Shown here piece after piece: positions 39,036 to 49,637 of a stretch of DNA of 64,000 nucleotides (the first letter of the stretch is position 1; each line of letters starts with the position of its first letter). The notes beneath the pieces are model-generated. The model saw only the letters and a list, made by a program, of their open reading frames with translations, did not search any database and had not been told where the DNA came from. The stretch is from the NCBI GenBank assembly GCA_041891055.1, contig CP169074.1, forward strand, positions 544,001 through 608,000. Reading direction: 5' to 3'. Origin of the DNA: Halorutilales archaeon Cl-col2-1. GTDB lineage: Archaea; Halobacteriota; Halobacteria; Halobacteriales; Afararchaeaceae. The position numbers and the translations under genes were made by a program.

Positions 39036-39116
39036 CTCGTCTGGCTTTCGTCTGACTTCATGGTTTGAACTCGACCTCGACCTTGGTTTCTGTCTTGGTA
39101 TCTGCTATGTCTCATT

Positions 39117-40649
39117 CTACACACCTCCTGCGGTGAGCTCGACAACACCCGCGGTCGAGCTCTGTATCATTTCGAAAGCGATGTCGGGCTGTACCCCGAG
39201 CGCGATTATCACGAGTACGAGAAGGACGAGAGGAACTGTCTCGGTGATCGAGGCGTCGGTGAGTCCGTCCTTGTACTCTTCGGGAGCGTCGTACTCGCCG
39301 AAGAGGGTTCTCTGCATCGCGAAGAGTAGGTATCCCGCGACTATAACGACTCCGAACATCGCTACCGGGACTATAATCCTCGATCCCTCGAACGATCCCA
39401 TCGATCCAAGGAAGACGAAGATCTCGGCGGCGAATCCCGACATACCGGGGAGCCCCATGTATCCGAAAGCCGCCGCAACGAAGACTGTCGTCACGACGGG
39501 CATCCTGTGGGCTAAGCCGGAGATCTCGTGTACGTCACGCGTGTGGAGCTTGTGGTATACGACTCCGACTACCATGAAGAGGAGACCGCTTATGAGACCG
39601 TGTGAGATCATCTGGAAGGTCGCGCCTCCGACGGAGTACTCGGTGTACGCCGCTAAGCCGACTATGACATATCCCATACTCGATATGGACGAGTAAGCGA
39701 CTATCCTCTTGAGGTCGGTCTGTGCCATCGCTAAGAGCGCGCCGTAGATGACACTGACCGCGCCGACGACCGCGATCTCAGCGGTGAGTCCCGCGGCGAC
39801 GTCGGAGAGCATAGTGAAGTTGAACCTCAGTAGGGCGTAAGTACCCATCTTGAGGAGTACGCCCGCGAGTAGGACACTAACGGGCGTCGGTGCCTGAACG
39901 TGGGCGTCGGGTAGCCATGTGTGAAAAGGAACTAGGGGAACCTTTACGGCGAATCCTATGAAGAGGGCGACGAACGCCATCAGTACGAGGATGTCAGCGG
40001 GTATTCCCCACGCGCCTGTGAGACCGCCCGACTGTAGAGCCTGTGTCAGAGCGACCAGGCTGAGGCTGTCGATTCCCGAGTTGAAGATCAGCGCGAAGAC
40101 ACCTATGAACATCACGAGAGACGCGATGTTGGTGTAGACGAAGAACTTCATCGCGGCGTACTTCCTGTCTTCGCCTCCCCAGACTGCTATGAGGAAGTAC
40201 ATCGGGACGAGTACGGCTTCCCAGAAGACGTAGAAGACTAGGAAGTCGAGTGCAGTGAAGACGCCTATGAGACCACCTTCGAGTAGGAGGACGAGGGCGT
40301 AGAACTCGTTCTGTCTCTCGTCTATCGACTGCCACGCCGAGAGTATCGCGAGGCTCGCGAGGAACGTCGTGAGTACGACTAAGGGCATGCTGACCCCGTC
40401 GAGACCCACGAGGTACTGGACGTCGTAGCCTCCGAGAGTGATCCAGTGTACCGCCTCCTCGAACTGGACGGCTCCCGAGTCGAGGAGAGCGTTTCCTCCC
40501 GACGGGTCGAAGAGCGACCAGACGTAGAGACTGATGCCGAGAGGCGCGAGAGACGCCACGAAGGCGAAGTACTTCGACTTGTCACCCTTAATGAAGAGGG
40601 TGACGAGCGCTGCTACCATCGGTACGGCTATGAGTGCTGTTATCTTCAT
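39117..40649 (-). CDS. nuoM: Complex I subunit M
   Basis: FWEAVLVPMYFLI, PFHTWLPDAHVQAP, LLKMGTY, MISHGL, GF.AE. Confidence 0.93.
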   Translation of the reverse strand: MKITALIAVPMVAALVTLFIKGDKSKYFAFVASLAPLGISLYVWSLFDPSGGNALLDSGAVQFEEAVHWITLGGYDVQYLVGLDGVSMPLVVLTTFLASLAILSAWQSIDERQNEFYALVLLLEGGLIGVFTALDFLVFYVFWEAVLVPMYFLIAVWGGEDRKYAAMKFFVYTNIASLVMFIGVFALIFNSGIDSLSLVALTQALQSGGLTGAWGIPADILVLMAFVALFIGFAVKVPLVPFHTWLPDAHVQAPTPVSVLLAGVLLKMGTYALLRFNFTMLSDVAAGLTAEIAVVGAVSVIYGALLAMAQTDLKRIVAYSSISSMGYVIVGLAAYTEYSVGGATFQMISHGLISGLLFMVVGVVYHKLHTRDVHEISGLAHRMPVVTTVFVAAAFGYMGLPGMSGFAAEIFVFLGSMGSFEGSRIIVPVAMFGVVIVAGYLLFAMQRTLFGEYDAPEEYKDGLTDASITETVPLVLLVLVIIALGVQPDIAFEMIQSSTAGVVELTAGGV

Positions 40650-42643
40650 TAGAACCACCCTCCGTAGAGTCCGATTATGAGAAGTAACGTCGCAAGTCCG
40701 AAGCTGATTATTGCGGCGTAGTTACTCACGACCCCAGTCTGTATACGTCTCATCGCGTCACCACTTCCCTTCGATGTCGACGAGACTGCGTTGACGACGC
40801 CGTCGACTACGCCGAGGTCGAACGAGTTGAGGTACTTCGTGAGAGGAAGCGTGAATCCCTCAGCGATCCAGAGCTGGAAGGCATTTACGTAGTAGCCCTT
40901 TTCGAGGACAGGGGTGAATCCCCAGCTTTCCTTCCTCCTCGTCGGCGACTCGGCGTATCCCGAGAAGCCGAGGTACGCTCCTATGAGAGCGAGACTGAGT
41001 GAGAGTCCCGTGACGGCGTAGCTGACCTCGAACTCCTCGACGTAGCCGACATTCTCCGCCGCGATCGTCCTGAGACTTCCCGAGTGGAGGAAATGTTCGA
41101 GCTGATGAATCCCTATCGGCGCTGCGTTGACGAATCCCACGACTGTCGCAAGAAGTCCAAGGACTATCAAGGGTATCTTGACCGCGGCGGAGTTGCCCGA
41201 GGCGTGTTCGGAGTGTTCCGACCTCGGCGATCCGTGGAAGGTGAGTGCGACCATCCGGAAGGTGTAGTACCCCGTGAAGAGTACAGCGACCATTCCCATT
41301 CCGAAGGGTATCCAGAGGAGAGGTTCGTGTGATGCGTTCTCGAAGGCGACCGCGAGTACCTCGTCCTTACTCCAGAATCCCGAGAACGGCACGATTCCCG
41401 CGAGAGCGAACGCGCCGGCTAAGAAGCTGTAGTAGGTCACGGGCATCTTCTTCCTCAGACCGCCGTACTCCCACATGTCCATTATGTGGTGGTTGGCGAT
41501 TATGACACTTCCCGCACCGAGGAAGAGGAGCGCCTTGAAGAAGGCATGGTTCATGAGATGGAAGACTCCCGCGGTGTATCCTCCCGCGCCGAGAGCGATC
41601 ATCATGTAGCCGTACTGGGATATCGTCGAGTAGGCGAGTACGCGTTTTATGTCGTCTGCGACGACTGCGATAGTCGCCGAGTAGAGAGCAGTGATTCCTC
41701 CGACAATCGCTATCACGAGAAGCGCAGTCGACGAGAGGGCGTAGAGAGGAAAGAGACGCGCGACGAGGTAGACACCCGCGGCGACCATCGTCGCAGCGTG
41801 TATGAGTGCCGAGACCGTCGTGGGACCCTCCATCGCGTCGGGTAGCCACGTGTGTAGAGGGAACTGGGCGCTCTTGCCTATCACACCGCCTAAGACGAGG
41901 AGTCCGAGTACCGTGACCCCCGTCTCGGGTGCGAGTCCGAGTATCGCTTCTCCCTCGTCTATCATCGTCGCTGCGGTCGACGGGAACGAGTTCTCACCCG
42001 TGAAGGCGAAGTTGCCGAATGCGGCGAAGACCCCGACGACTCCGACAAGGAAGAAGTAGTCACCGAACCTCGTGACGAGGAAAGCCTTCTTCGCCGCGCT
42101 TGCCGCACTCGGGCGGTCGAACCAGAATCCTATGAGGAGGTACGAACACAGTCCGACGAGTTCGAAGAAGACGAACGCCATCAGGAGTCCGTCTGCGAGA
42201 GCGAACCCAAGCATGCTTGCCGTGAAGAGCGAGAGCTCGGCGTAGTACCTCGGGAGTCCGGTCTCGCCCTCGTCGTTCATGTAACCCTTCGAGAAGACGT
42301 GGACGAGGAAGCTCACCGTCGTGACTATCACGATCATGAGCGCGCTCAGAGGGTCGACGAGTATACCGAAGCTGAGACTTACCGACGAAGCCGCCGTCCA
42401 CGTAACCTGTTTGACTATGTGTGGTTCCCCGTGCCCCCCGAACGTCTCGGCGAATATAGCGAGGCTGAGAGCAAGTGTCGCACCCACCGAGAGAGTGCCT
42501 ATGACAGTACTCAGACCGCCGCCTATCCCTCTCTTACCGTCGCTGTACTTTCCTACGTATCCTGGAACCATCCCGAGGAAGATCAACACGAACGACACGA
42601 AGGGTATGACCGGCACGAGCCAAGCGTAGTCTATCATCGCCAT
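40649..42643 (-). CDS. nuoL: Complex I subunit L
   Basis: GKSAQFPLHTWLPDAMEGPTTVSALIHAATMV, HAFFKALLFL. Confidence 0.95.
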   Translation of the reverse strand: MAMIDYAWLVPVIPFVSFVLIFLGMVPGYVGKYSDGKRGIGGGLSTVIGTLSVGATLALSLAIFAETFGGHGEPHIVKQVTWTAASSVSLSFGILVDPLSALMIVIVTTVSFLVHVFSKGYMNDEGETGLPRYYAELSLFTASMLGFALADGLLMAFVFFELVGLCSYLLIGFWFDRPSAASAAKKAFLVTRFGDYFFLVGVVGVFAAFGNFAFTGENSFPSTAATMIDEGEAILGLAPETGVTVLGLLVLGGVIGKSAQFPLHTWLPDAMEGPTTVSALIHAATMVAAGVYLVARLFPLYALSSTALLVIAIVGGITALYSATIAVVADDIKRVLAYSTISQYGYMMIALGAGGYTAGVFHLMNHAFFKALLFLGAGSVIIANHHIMDMWEYGGLRKKMPVTYYSFLAGAFALAGIVPFSGFWSKDEVLAVAFENASHEPLLWIPFGMGMVAVLFTGYYTFRMVALTFHGSPRSEHSEHASGNSAAVKIPLIVLGLLATVVGFVNAAPIGIHQLEHFLHSGSLRTIAAENVGYVEEFEVSYAVTGLSLSLALIGAYLGFSGYAESPTRRKESWGFTPVLEKGYYVNAFQLWIAEGFTLPLTKYLNSFDLGVVDGVVNAVSSTSKGSGDAMRRIQTGVVSNYAAIISFGLATLLLIIGLYGGWF

Positions 42644-42646
42644 CTC

Positions 42647-42949
42647 TTACCACCTCATGAAGCTGGGTTTAGTTACTTCGACTGTTCCGAACTCACGGTA
42701 CATAGTTATGAATATTCCGAGTCCTACGGCGACTTCCGCCGCGGCGAGAGCCATCACGAACAGCGAAAATACCTGTCCCTGAAGGTTGCCGACCTGTGCC
42801 GAGAAAGCCACGAGGTTGAGGTTGCCCGCGTTGAGCATGAGCTCTACCGACATAAGTATGACCACCGCGTTCGTACGTGTCAGGACTCCGTAGACTCCAA
42901 TGCTGAAGACTGCGGCGCTCAGGACGACGTAGTAGCTACTCGGCACCAT
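42647..42949 (-). CDS. nuoK: Complex I subunit K
   Basis: SVELMLNA, AAAEVAVGL. Confidence 0.93.
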   Translation of the reverse strand: MVPSSYYVVLSAAVFSIGVYGVLTRTNAVVILMSVELMLNAGNLNLVAFSAQVGNLQGQVFSLFVMALAAAEVAVGLGIFITMYREFGTVEVTKPSFMRW

Positions 42950-43292
42950 CCGGCTTCACCTCCTTGGCTGTGGCTGTGGTCTCCATGTTCTCACGTGCTT
43001 CGTCTGCTTCTGTCATCGGCTTCTTCTCGACGGCTCCACCGACGTCCCTCTCCTCGCCCTTGTCCCTCTTGGCGAGGTAGAGACCGCCTATAAGGGCGGC
43101 GACGAGAAGCATATCTATTATCTCGAACGCCGCGAGAAACTCGTCGAACAGGACTGTTCCTATCATATACGTTACGTCTCCGGTAACGGGACGCGGAGCG
43201 GGGAACGGGGTTCCGACAGCTACGGTCGAAATCATGACGAAGAGTGCCGTCACTATCGCCCCTGGTATGAGTCTTAGTCTCTTTCTTTCCAT
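42936..43292 (-). CDS. nuoJ2: Complex I subunit J, C-terminal half (J2)
   Basis: IG..LFDEFLAAFEIIDMLLVAALIG; position in operon. Confidence 0.8.
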   Translation of the reverse strand: MERKRLRLIPGAIVTALFVMISTVAVGTPFPAPRPVTGDVTYMIGTVLFDEFLAAFEIIDMLLVAALIGGLYLAKRDKGEERDVGGAVEKKPMTEADEARENMETTATAKEVKPDGAE

Positions 43293-43293
43293 C

Positions 43294-43578
43294 TTATCTT
43301 GCCTCCTTCTCTTCGGTTTCGGGTTCGGGTTCGAGTTCTCCCCTCATGAACATGATCGCGAATATGATGAGTATGAGGACACCTCCGACGTAGACGAGTA
43401 CCTGCATTGCCGCCACGAACTCCGCCTGAAGGAGTATGTAATGTGCCGCCACGCTCATGAGAGCGAGACCGAGGAGAAGCGCCTCGTGGAAGACGTTCTC
43501 GACGAGAACGACCCCGAGGCTCGCTCCCACGGTCACGACCGCGAACAGAACGAAGACGGCTGTCTCTAATCCTGTCAT
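43294..43578 (-). CDS. nuoJ1: Complex I subunit J, N-terminal half (J1)
   Basis: AEFVAAMQVLVYVGGV; start MTGLE. Confidence 0.88.
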   Translation of the reverse strand: MTGLETAVFVLFAVVTVGASLGVVLVENVFHEALLLGLALMSVAAHYILLQAEFVAAMQVLVYVGGVLILIIFAIMFMRGELEPEPETEEKEAR

Positions 43579-43580
43579 TT

Positions 43581-44060
43581 TTAATCTCCGTAAAGCTCCT
43601 CTGTCTCCTGCTGTTCTTCCTCGCTCGTTCCTATCCAGCCACCCCTGTCGGACTCTCTGGCTTCGAGCGGATCGGTGTCCTTGTACCACGGCACGTCCAT
43701 GAGATCTTCCTTCGTGTACTCGAGCTCCGCCTTCATTCCGGCGTTTAGCTCGAAGTGCTGTGTCAGGATTATGGCGTCTGTGGGACAGACCTCCTCACAC
43801 AGACGGCAGTAGATACACTGACCGAGGTTGAGGTTGTACTCCTCTATGTTCCTCTTCCTGTCGGTCTTTATCTCTATCGTGTTGTTGGGACAGACCTCCT
43901 CACACATCCTACACGAGATACACCGCGAGAGGCTGAACTTATGTGTGCCCCTGAACCGCGGCGATACCTCGGGCGACTCCTCGGGGTACTCGACCGTGAA
44001 TGTCTCGCCTCTTATGGCGTGCTTTGCTGTGACTCCTAACGATTTGAGTACTCCCATCAT
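43581..44060 (-). CDS. nuoI: Complex I subunit I (2x[4Fe-4S])
   Basis: CISCRMCEEVCP and CIYCRLCEEVCP. Confidence 0.93.
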   Translation of the reverse strand: MMGVLKSLGVTAKHAIRGETFTVEYPEESPEVSPRFRGTHKFSLSRCISCRMCEEVCPNNTIEIKTDRKRNIEEYNLNLGQCIYCRLCEEVCPTDAIILTQHFELNAGMKAELEYTKEDLMDVPWYKDTDPLEARESDRGGWIGTSEEEQQETEELYGD

Positions 44061-45127
44061 AGTATCACCCACATAATACCTGTCGTGAACAGAAGGTTGA
44101 GGAAGCTGAGTTCAAGTAGACGCTTCCATCCTATCTGTAGAAGCTGGTCTATACGTACACGCGGTATCGTCGCACGTAGCCACTGTATGACTGCGTAGAC
44201 AGCAAACATCTTGATTACGAACCAGAGTACCGCGGGAAGCACGGGTCCGGCTCCACCACCGAGGAAGAGCGTCGTGAATATCGCCCCGCCGAGGAACATA
44301 TGCGCGAACTCGGTGAGGAACATCAGGGTGAAGTTGACTCCCCCGTACTCGGTGAGATATCCTGCGACGAGCTCCGAGGCTGCCTCGGGAAGGTCGAACG
44401 GGTTACGTGCAACCTCGGCTAGCATTGCCACGAAGAAGATCACCGCCGCGAGAGGCTGAGCGAATATGAACCAGTTCGGAAGTGGCATACCCTCGACACC
44501 GAAGAGTGAACCCTGCTGTGCGGCAACTATCTGTGACATCTGGAGCGGGGCTCCGTCGCCGAAGAACGCGACGAGGGGGACGAGAGCGGCGGCAGAGATC
44601 ACGAAGGGTATCTCGTAGGCGATAGCCTGTGCGACTTCCCTCTCGAAGCCGAGGAAGGCGTACTTGTTGTTCGATCCGTACCCTGCCATCACGACTCCGA
44701 GGGTGGGTATGCTCGCGAGAGCGAAGGTGAGTACGAGACCCGCCTGAGGGTCAGAGATCTGGAGACCGCTTCCCCACGGAATGAAGACGAACGAGATGAG
44801 TATCGACGACGTCGAGAGTATAGGCGCTCCCCAGTAGGCGAGCTTGTCAACATCGTTGGGTACGACAACCTCCTTCGATAAGAGCTTGAGCGAGTCGGCA
44901 ACTATTATCAGGAGACCAAAGGGTCCTACCCTGTTTACAGCGACCCTGTCACCGAAGGCGGCGTTCCATTTCCTCTTGAACCAGACCCCTCCGAATCCGA
45001 GGAGTGTGAGTATCACAGATGTCCAGATGAACGCGACCACGAGACCCACGCCGAACTGAGCGAGAGGACCCGACTCGCCGAATCCGACTGTCTCGGTGAA
45101 GGTCGCCATCGGAGTAGACGCGAGCAT
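44057..45127 (-). CDS. nuoH: Complex I subunit H
   Basis: GPFGL...ADSLKLLSKE, RNPFDLPEAASELVAGY.TEY, PRVRIDQL. Confidence 0.94.
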   Translation of the reverse strand: MLASTPMATFTETVGFGESGPLAQFGVGLVVAFIWTSVILTLLGFGGVWFKRKWNAAFGDRVAVNRVGPFGLLIIVADSLKLLSKEVVVPNDVDKLAYWGAPILSTSSILISFVFIPWGSGLQISDPQAGLVLTFALASIPTLGVVMAGYGSNNKYAFLGFEREVAQAIAYEIPFVISAAALVPLVAFFGDGAPLQMSQIVAAQQGSLFGVEGMPLPNWFIFAQPLAAVIFFVAMLAEVARNPFDLPEAASELVAGYLTEYGGVNFTLMFLTEFAHMFLGGAIFTTLFLGGGAGPVLPAVLWFVIKMFAVYAVIQWLRATIPRVRIDQLLQIGWKRLLELSFLNLLFTTGIMWVIL

Positions 45128-46791
45128 CACCTGTCCACCTCCCCGAAGACCAAGTCGAGGCTTCCCAGGCTAGCAACCATGTCGGCGAGGTACTCGCCCT
45201 CGACCATCTCGTGGAATGCGGCGAGGTTTGAGAATCCGGGGGCACGTATCTTGAACCGGTGGGGCGACTCACTCCCGTCGCTGACTATGTAGATTCCGAG
45301 CTCACCCTTCGCTCCCTCGACGGCTCTGTACATCTCGGCGTCCTCGGGCGGCTCGACAGAGCGCGGAACCTCAGTCCTAATCTTTCTTTCGCCGTCCCAG
45401 TCTTCGAGTATGTCGACGCACTGTTCTATGATACGCGCACTCTGTTCGACCTCTCCGAGACGCGTGAGGATGCGCGACATATTGTCACAGCCGTCATACG
45501 TCACGACATCCCAGTCGAGCTCGTCGTAGTAGGCGTACGAGTCGACCTCCCTCACGTCGTATCCGACACCGCTGCCTCTCAGGACTGGACCTGTGACGCC
45601 GTACTCCTTAGCGACCTCGGGTTCAAGTATCCCAGTGTCGACAGTCCTCTTCTGAAAGAGCTCGTTGTCGTCGAGGAGTGTGTGGAACTCGTCGAGCTTC
45701 TCGGGAAGGTCACGCAGGTAGTCACGTATCTGACCGAACCACTCCTCACGAGGCTCGGGTATGTCGTAGGCGACGCCCCCGAGCCTGAAGTAGTTGAACA
45801 TCAGGCGCTGTCCCGTGAGGTCTTCGAGTATGTCCTGTATTATCTCACGATCCTTGAAGGCGTACATGAAGAGAACGTTTAGCTCGCCGTAGACATCGAG
45901 TGCGTATGTACCGACAGCGAGGAGATGTGCGGCTATACGTGAGAGCTCCATTCCGAGCGTCCTCACGACCTGAGCGTACTCGGGAACCTCTATGTCTGCC
46001 ATGTCCTCTATCGTGCGAGCGTACGCCATCTCGTTGAGGAGACCCGCCGAGACGTAGTCCCATCTGTCGGGATAAGGCATTATCTGGTACTTATAGTTGA
46101 GCCTCTCACACAGGTACTCCTCACATCTGTGGAGGTAGCCTATGTCGGGGTCGACGTCGACGACGACCTCTCCGTCTAAGACTGTCTTGAGATGGAGGAC
46201 GCCGTGAGTCGCGGGATGGTGAGGACCTATGTTTATGAACATAGTGTCGAGGCTCTCGTCCTCGAGTTCGACCTCGTACCTCTCCTCTATGGGGTTCTGC
46301 CACTCCTCAAGTGAGGTGTACTGAACCTGGTCGACGTCGTACTCGTCTCTCAGAGGATGTCCCTTCCAGGTCTCGGGAAGGAGTATACGTCTGGGGTCGG
46401 GGTGATCCTCGTACTCGATCCCCATGAGATCGTATGCCTCGCGCTCGTGCCAGTTCGCGCCCTTGAAGACGTGAGAGACCGTCTTGACCGTCGGGTCTTC
46501 GGGGTCTGCCATCGCGACGACGTTTATCTCGTCGAAGTCCTCGGGGTCGTCTGTGATACGTCTGAGGTGGTAGACGCTCTCGTACCTGTTGTCGTACTCG
46601 ACCGCAGAGACCGACGAGAGATGGTTGTAGCCGTTCTGTTTGAGAGCAGCGACGACCTCATCGACACGTGACGGATTCGCGATTATCGCGGGAGCGTTTC
46701 CGTGTTCCTCGACACCCGCGACTGCGTCGGGAAGTTCGTCCTCTATCGACTCGTGTATCTCCTGGTACCGTCTGTCGATCTTCTGACTCAT
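45127..46791 (-). CDS. nuoCD: Complex I fused subunit C/D
   Basis: WHEREAYDLMGI...HPLR (C); GPHHPATHGVL, GYLHR, EGAKGE, GEVDR (D). Confidence 0.94.
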   Translation of the reverse strand: MSQKIDRRYQEIHESIEDELPDAVAGVEEHGNAPAIIANPSRVDEVVAALKQNGYNHLSSVSAVEYDNRYESVYHLRRITDDPEDFDEINVVAMADPEDPTVKTVSHVFKGANWHEREAYDLMGIEYEDHPDPRRILLPETWKGHPLRDEYDVDQVQYTSLEEWQNPIEERYEVELEDESLDTMFINIGPHHPATHGVLHLKTVLDGEVVVDVDPDIGYLHRCEEYLCERLNYKYQIMPYPDRWDYVSAGLLNEMAYARTIEDMADIEVPEYAQVVRTLGMELSRIAAHLLAVGTYALDVYGELNVLFMYAFKDREIIQDILEDLTGQRLMFNYFRLGGVAYDIPEPREEWFGQIRDYLRDLPEKLDEFHTLLDDNELFQKRTVDTGILEPEVAKEYGVTGPVLRGSGVGYDVREVDSYAYYDELDWDVVTYDGCDNMSRILTRLGEVEQSARIIEQCVDILEDWDGERKIRTEVPRSVEPPEDAEMYRAVEGAKGELGIYIVSDGSESPHRFKIRAPGFSNLAAFHEMVEGEYLADMVASLGSLDLVFGEVDR

Positions 46792-47504
46792 CTTCGATCC
46801 TCCTCTGTGTCTATGCTCGCCTCAGCCTCGTCGTTCACTTCGGGCGAATGTGTGTACTTCATCACGAGGTCGTCCTTGTTTATCTCCCTCTCGAAGAAGT
46901 CGGCGAGTTCGTCCCTGTCCCAGTCCTGAAGCTCCTTGACCTCGTAGGGCTTGACCGTGACGGGCGACGACTCGCCTCTCGCTATCTTCTCCTGCATCTT
47001 CATCACGCCGTAGAGGAGAGCCTCAGGACGCGGCGGACAGCCCGGTACGTGTATGTCGGCGGGCGCGAAGAGTTCGAGTCCCTTGACTACGTTGTAGCCC
47101 TCCTGGAAAGGACCGCCCGCTATCGTACACGACCCCATTGAGACGACGAACTTCGGCTCTGGTATCTGTTCGTAGAGTCTCTTCACACGCGGCGCGAGCT
47201 TCGCGTTTATGGTTCCCGGCACGATCATAAGATCAGCGGCGCGCGGCGAGTTTCTGAAGACGCCCGCACCGAACCTGTCCATGTCGTGCTTTATGGCGAC
47301 TGTCTGCATCATCTCTATCGAACAACACGCTATCCCGAACTGGAACGGGAACATGCTCGAAGCACGCGCCCAGTTCATTATGTCGTCAAGCTTTGCCGTG
47401 ACTACGGGGAGTGACCCGAACATCTCCCGAAGCTTCGAGTTCATCCTCGGGTCGACGTCTCCCTCGCGTGTCTCGCTTATCTGTGTCTTACTGTTGTCTA
47501 ACAT
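46788..47504 (-). CDS. nuoB: Complex I subunit B
   Basis: GIACCSIEM, SMGSC, VPGCPPRPE. Confidence 0.95.
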   Translation of the reverse strand: MLDNSKTQISETREGDVDPRMNSKLREMFGSLPVVTAKLDDIMNWARASSMFPFQFGIACCSIEMMQTVAIKHDMDRFGAGVFRNSPRAADLMIVPGTINAKLAPRVKRLYEQIPEPKFVVSMGSCTIAGGPFQEGYNVVKGLELFAPADIHVPGCPPRPEALLYGVMKMQEKIARGESSPVTVKPYEVKELQDWDRDELADFFEREINKDDLVMKYTHSPEVNDEAEASIDTEEDRR

Positions 47505-47871
47505 CTGGTTTCACCCATTCCATTGCTCCGTTCTTCCAAGCCCATCCGAGTCCTACGAAGAGGACGACGATAAAGATGAACGCTGGCACGAAAGTCCCGG
47601 GGTTGTCGGCGAAGACGGTGACCCACGGGTAGAGTAGAACCGTCTCTATGTCGAAGACAACGAACAGGAGCGCCAGCATGTAGTACTGTATGCTGAAGCC
47701 TATACGTGTATCCCCCGTAGGACTCTCACCGCTCTCGTACGTGATCGATTTCTGTTTCTCTGGAACGGTCGGACGTAGGAAGTAGCTGACCCCCTGCATC
47801 ACTAAGGGGATAGCTAAGACCACCACGCCCATAGCCGCCACTGCTATCCAGTCGTTCATGTAATTAATCAT
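47488..47871 (-). CDS. nuoA: Complex I subunit A (start may be ATG 47859)
   Basis: YESGE.P, YYMLALLFVVFDIET..LYPW. Confidence 0.93.
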   Translation of the reverse strand: MINYMNDWIAVAAMGVVVLAIPLVMQGVSYFLRPTVPEKQKSITYESGESPTGDTRIGFSIQYYMLALLFVVFDIETVLLYPWVTVFADNPGTFVPAFIFIVVLFVGLGWAWKNGAMEWVKPDVRQQ

Positions 47872-48015
47872 AGTATTCTAATTTGGACACAACTTAAATA
47901 TTGATAAACAATCTCGTGCATGGTTCGTGTCGTGCCTATGTTGGTGATTAATCATCACACTAGATGGTTCGACTACGCAAGCCTTAATATCTTTTATTTG
48001 GATTATATTTGGTGT

Positions 48016-49626
48016 ATGAAGAAAGAGCTTCTAGTAACCGACTTCCTCGACAGAGCGCGCCGGCACTACGGCGACGCCGAGGCGGTCGTAGCGACAACAG
48101 GAGAGAGGTACACCTACGACGAGCTAGGAGAGAGAGTCGACAGGTTCTCCGCCGCTCTCCAAGACAAGGGACTCGGGAAAGGCGACAGGATAGGAGTTCT
48201 CGATCCCAACACGCATTACCACTTAGAGTCGGCGTACGGTATCATGCAGATAGGCGGTGTACACACTCCCCTCAACTACCGCTTAACGCCCGACGACTAC
48301 GAGTACATACTCAACGACGCGGAGGTAAAAGCGATCTACGCCGACTACGAGTACGCCGACAAAATAAATGAAATACGTGACGACGTCCCAACAGAGGTCT
48401 TCATCACTAACGATCCTTCGGAAGTCGAAGGCGACTGGGAGGACTTCGACGACGTACTCGACGACGCTGATCCCGACTCCTACGAGCGTCCCGAGATGTC
48501 CGAGGACGAAGTCATCACTATAAACTACACCTCCGGTACCACCGGCGACCCCAAGGGTGTCATGCGTACTCACCGCACTGAGACGTTACACTCGTATATC
48601 CTCTCGGTTCACCACGAGATATACGACGACGACGTATACCTCTGGACTCTCCCGATGTTCCACGCCAACGGCTGGGGACACATATACGCCGTAACCGGCA
48701 TGGGCGCGAAACACGTCTGTACGCGCGGAATCGACGCCGAGTGGATATTCGACACAGTGCGTGACGAAGACGTCTCGTTCCTCTGCGCCGCTCCTACCGT
48801 ACTCAACCTCCTCATCGAGTACTACCACGAAAACGAACCCGAGACTGCGGGCGACAACGACGTCCGCGTAACCACCGCCGGTAGCGCGCCCCCCGAGGCT
48901 ACTATACGTACTGTCGAGGACGACTTCGGCTGGTACATCAAGCATCTCTACGGACTCACCGAGACAGGTCCTCTCATAACCCAGTCCGACGCTCGACGGT
49001 ACATCGACGATGAGACGAGGTTCGACATCAAGAAGAAACAGGGCATGGGCGTCTTAGGAACCGAGGTCGACGTGGTCGATGAGGACGGTAACTCCGTACC
49101 CCGTGACGGCTCGACTCTCGGAGAGGTCGTCGTCAAAGGTAACCAGGTCATGGACAGATACTGGAACAAGCCCGAGGAGACCGAGAAGGCGTTCAACGAC
49201 AGACGTGAAGGCTGGTTCCACACAGGCGACTTAGCCGTCATAGACGAAAACGGCATGGTCTCGATACAGGACAGGAAGAAGGACATCATCATATCGGGCG
49301 GTGAGAACATATCGTCGATAGAGCTCGAAGACGCTCTCTTCGACCACCACAAGGTCGGCGATGTCGCCGTAATACCTGCGCCGAACGAGGAGTGGGGCGA
49401 AGTCCCCAAGGCTTTCGTTGTCCCCGAGAACAACGACCCCGAAAACCCCGGCATGACCCAGGACGAACTCATAGATTTCTGCCGCGAAAACCTCGCCTCC
49501 TACAAAATAATCAAGGACGCCGAGTTCGTCGACTCCCTTCCCACCACCGCAACCGGAAAGGTTCAGAAGTACGAGCTACGTGAGAGGGAGTGGGAAGACG
49601 AAGACCGCATGGTCGGTCAGGGATAG
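48016..49626 (+). CDS. Acyl-CoA synthetase (long-chain-fatty-acid--CoA ligase family)
   Basis: YTSGTTGDPKG, YGLTET, GWFHTGD, DRKKDIIISGGENI, TGKVQK. Confidence 0.93.
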   Translation: MKKELLVTDFLDRARRHYGDAEAVVATTGERYTYDELGERVDRFSAALQDKGLGKGDRIGVLDPNTHYHLESAYGIMQIGGVHTPLNYRLTPDDYEYILNDAEVKAIYADYEYADKINEIRDDVPTEVFITNDPSEVEGDWEDFDDVLDDADPDSYERPEMSEDEVITINYTSGTTGDPKGVMRTHRTETLHSYILSVHHEIYDDDVYLWTLPMFHANGWGHIYAVTGMGAKHVCTRGIDAEWIFDTVRDEDVSFLCAAPTVLNLLIEYYHENEPETAGDNDVRVTTAGSAPPEATIRTVEDDFGWYIKHLYGLTETGPLITQSDARRYIDDETRFDIKKKQGMGVLGTEVDVVDEDGNSVPRDGSTLGEVVVKGNQVMDRYWNKPEETEKAFNDRREGWFHTGDLAVIDENGMVSIQDRKKDIIISGGENISSIELEDALFDHHKVGDVAVIPAPNEEWGEVPKAFVVPENNDPENPGMTQDELIDFCRENLASYKIIKDAEFVDSLPTTATGKVQKYELREREWEDEDRMVGQG

Positions 49627-49637
49627 CTACTGTACTG

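Noticed and set aside
28146-47637. Long antisense or alternate-frame ORFs (e.g. 28146-28970, 29446-30231, 30391-31125, 35308-36150, 38896-39696, 42299-43093)
   Set aside because: They are shadows of well-supported genes in GC-rich, codon-biased DNA, are Ser/Thr/Arg-rich and have no recognisable motifs.
37566-47871. Complex I lacking nuoEFG, with fused CD and split J
   Set aside because: This is the established normal architecture in haloarchaea, not novel.
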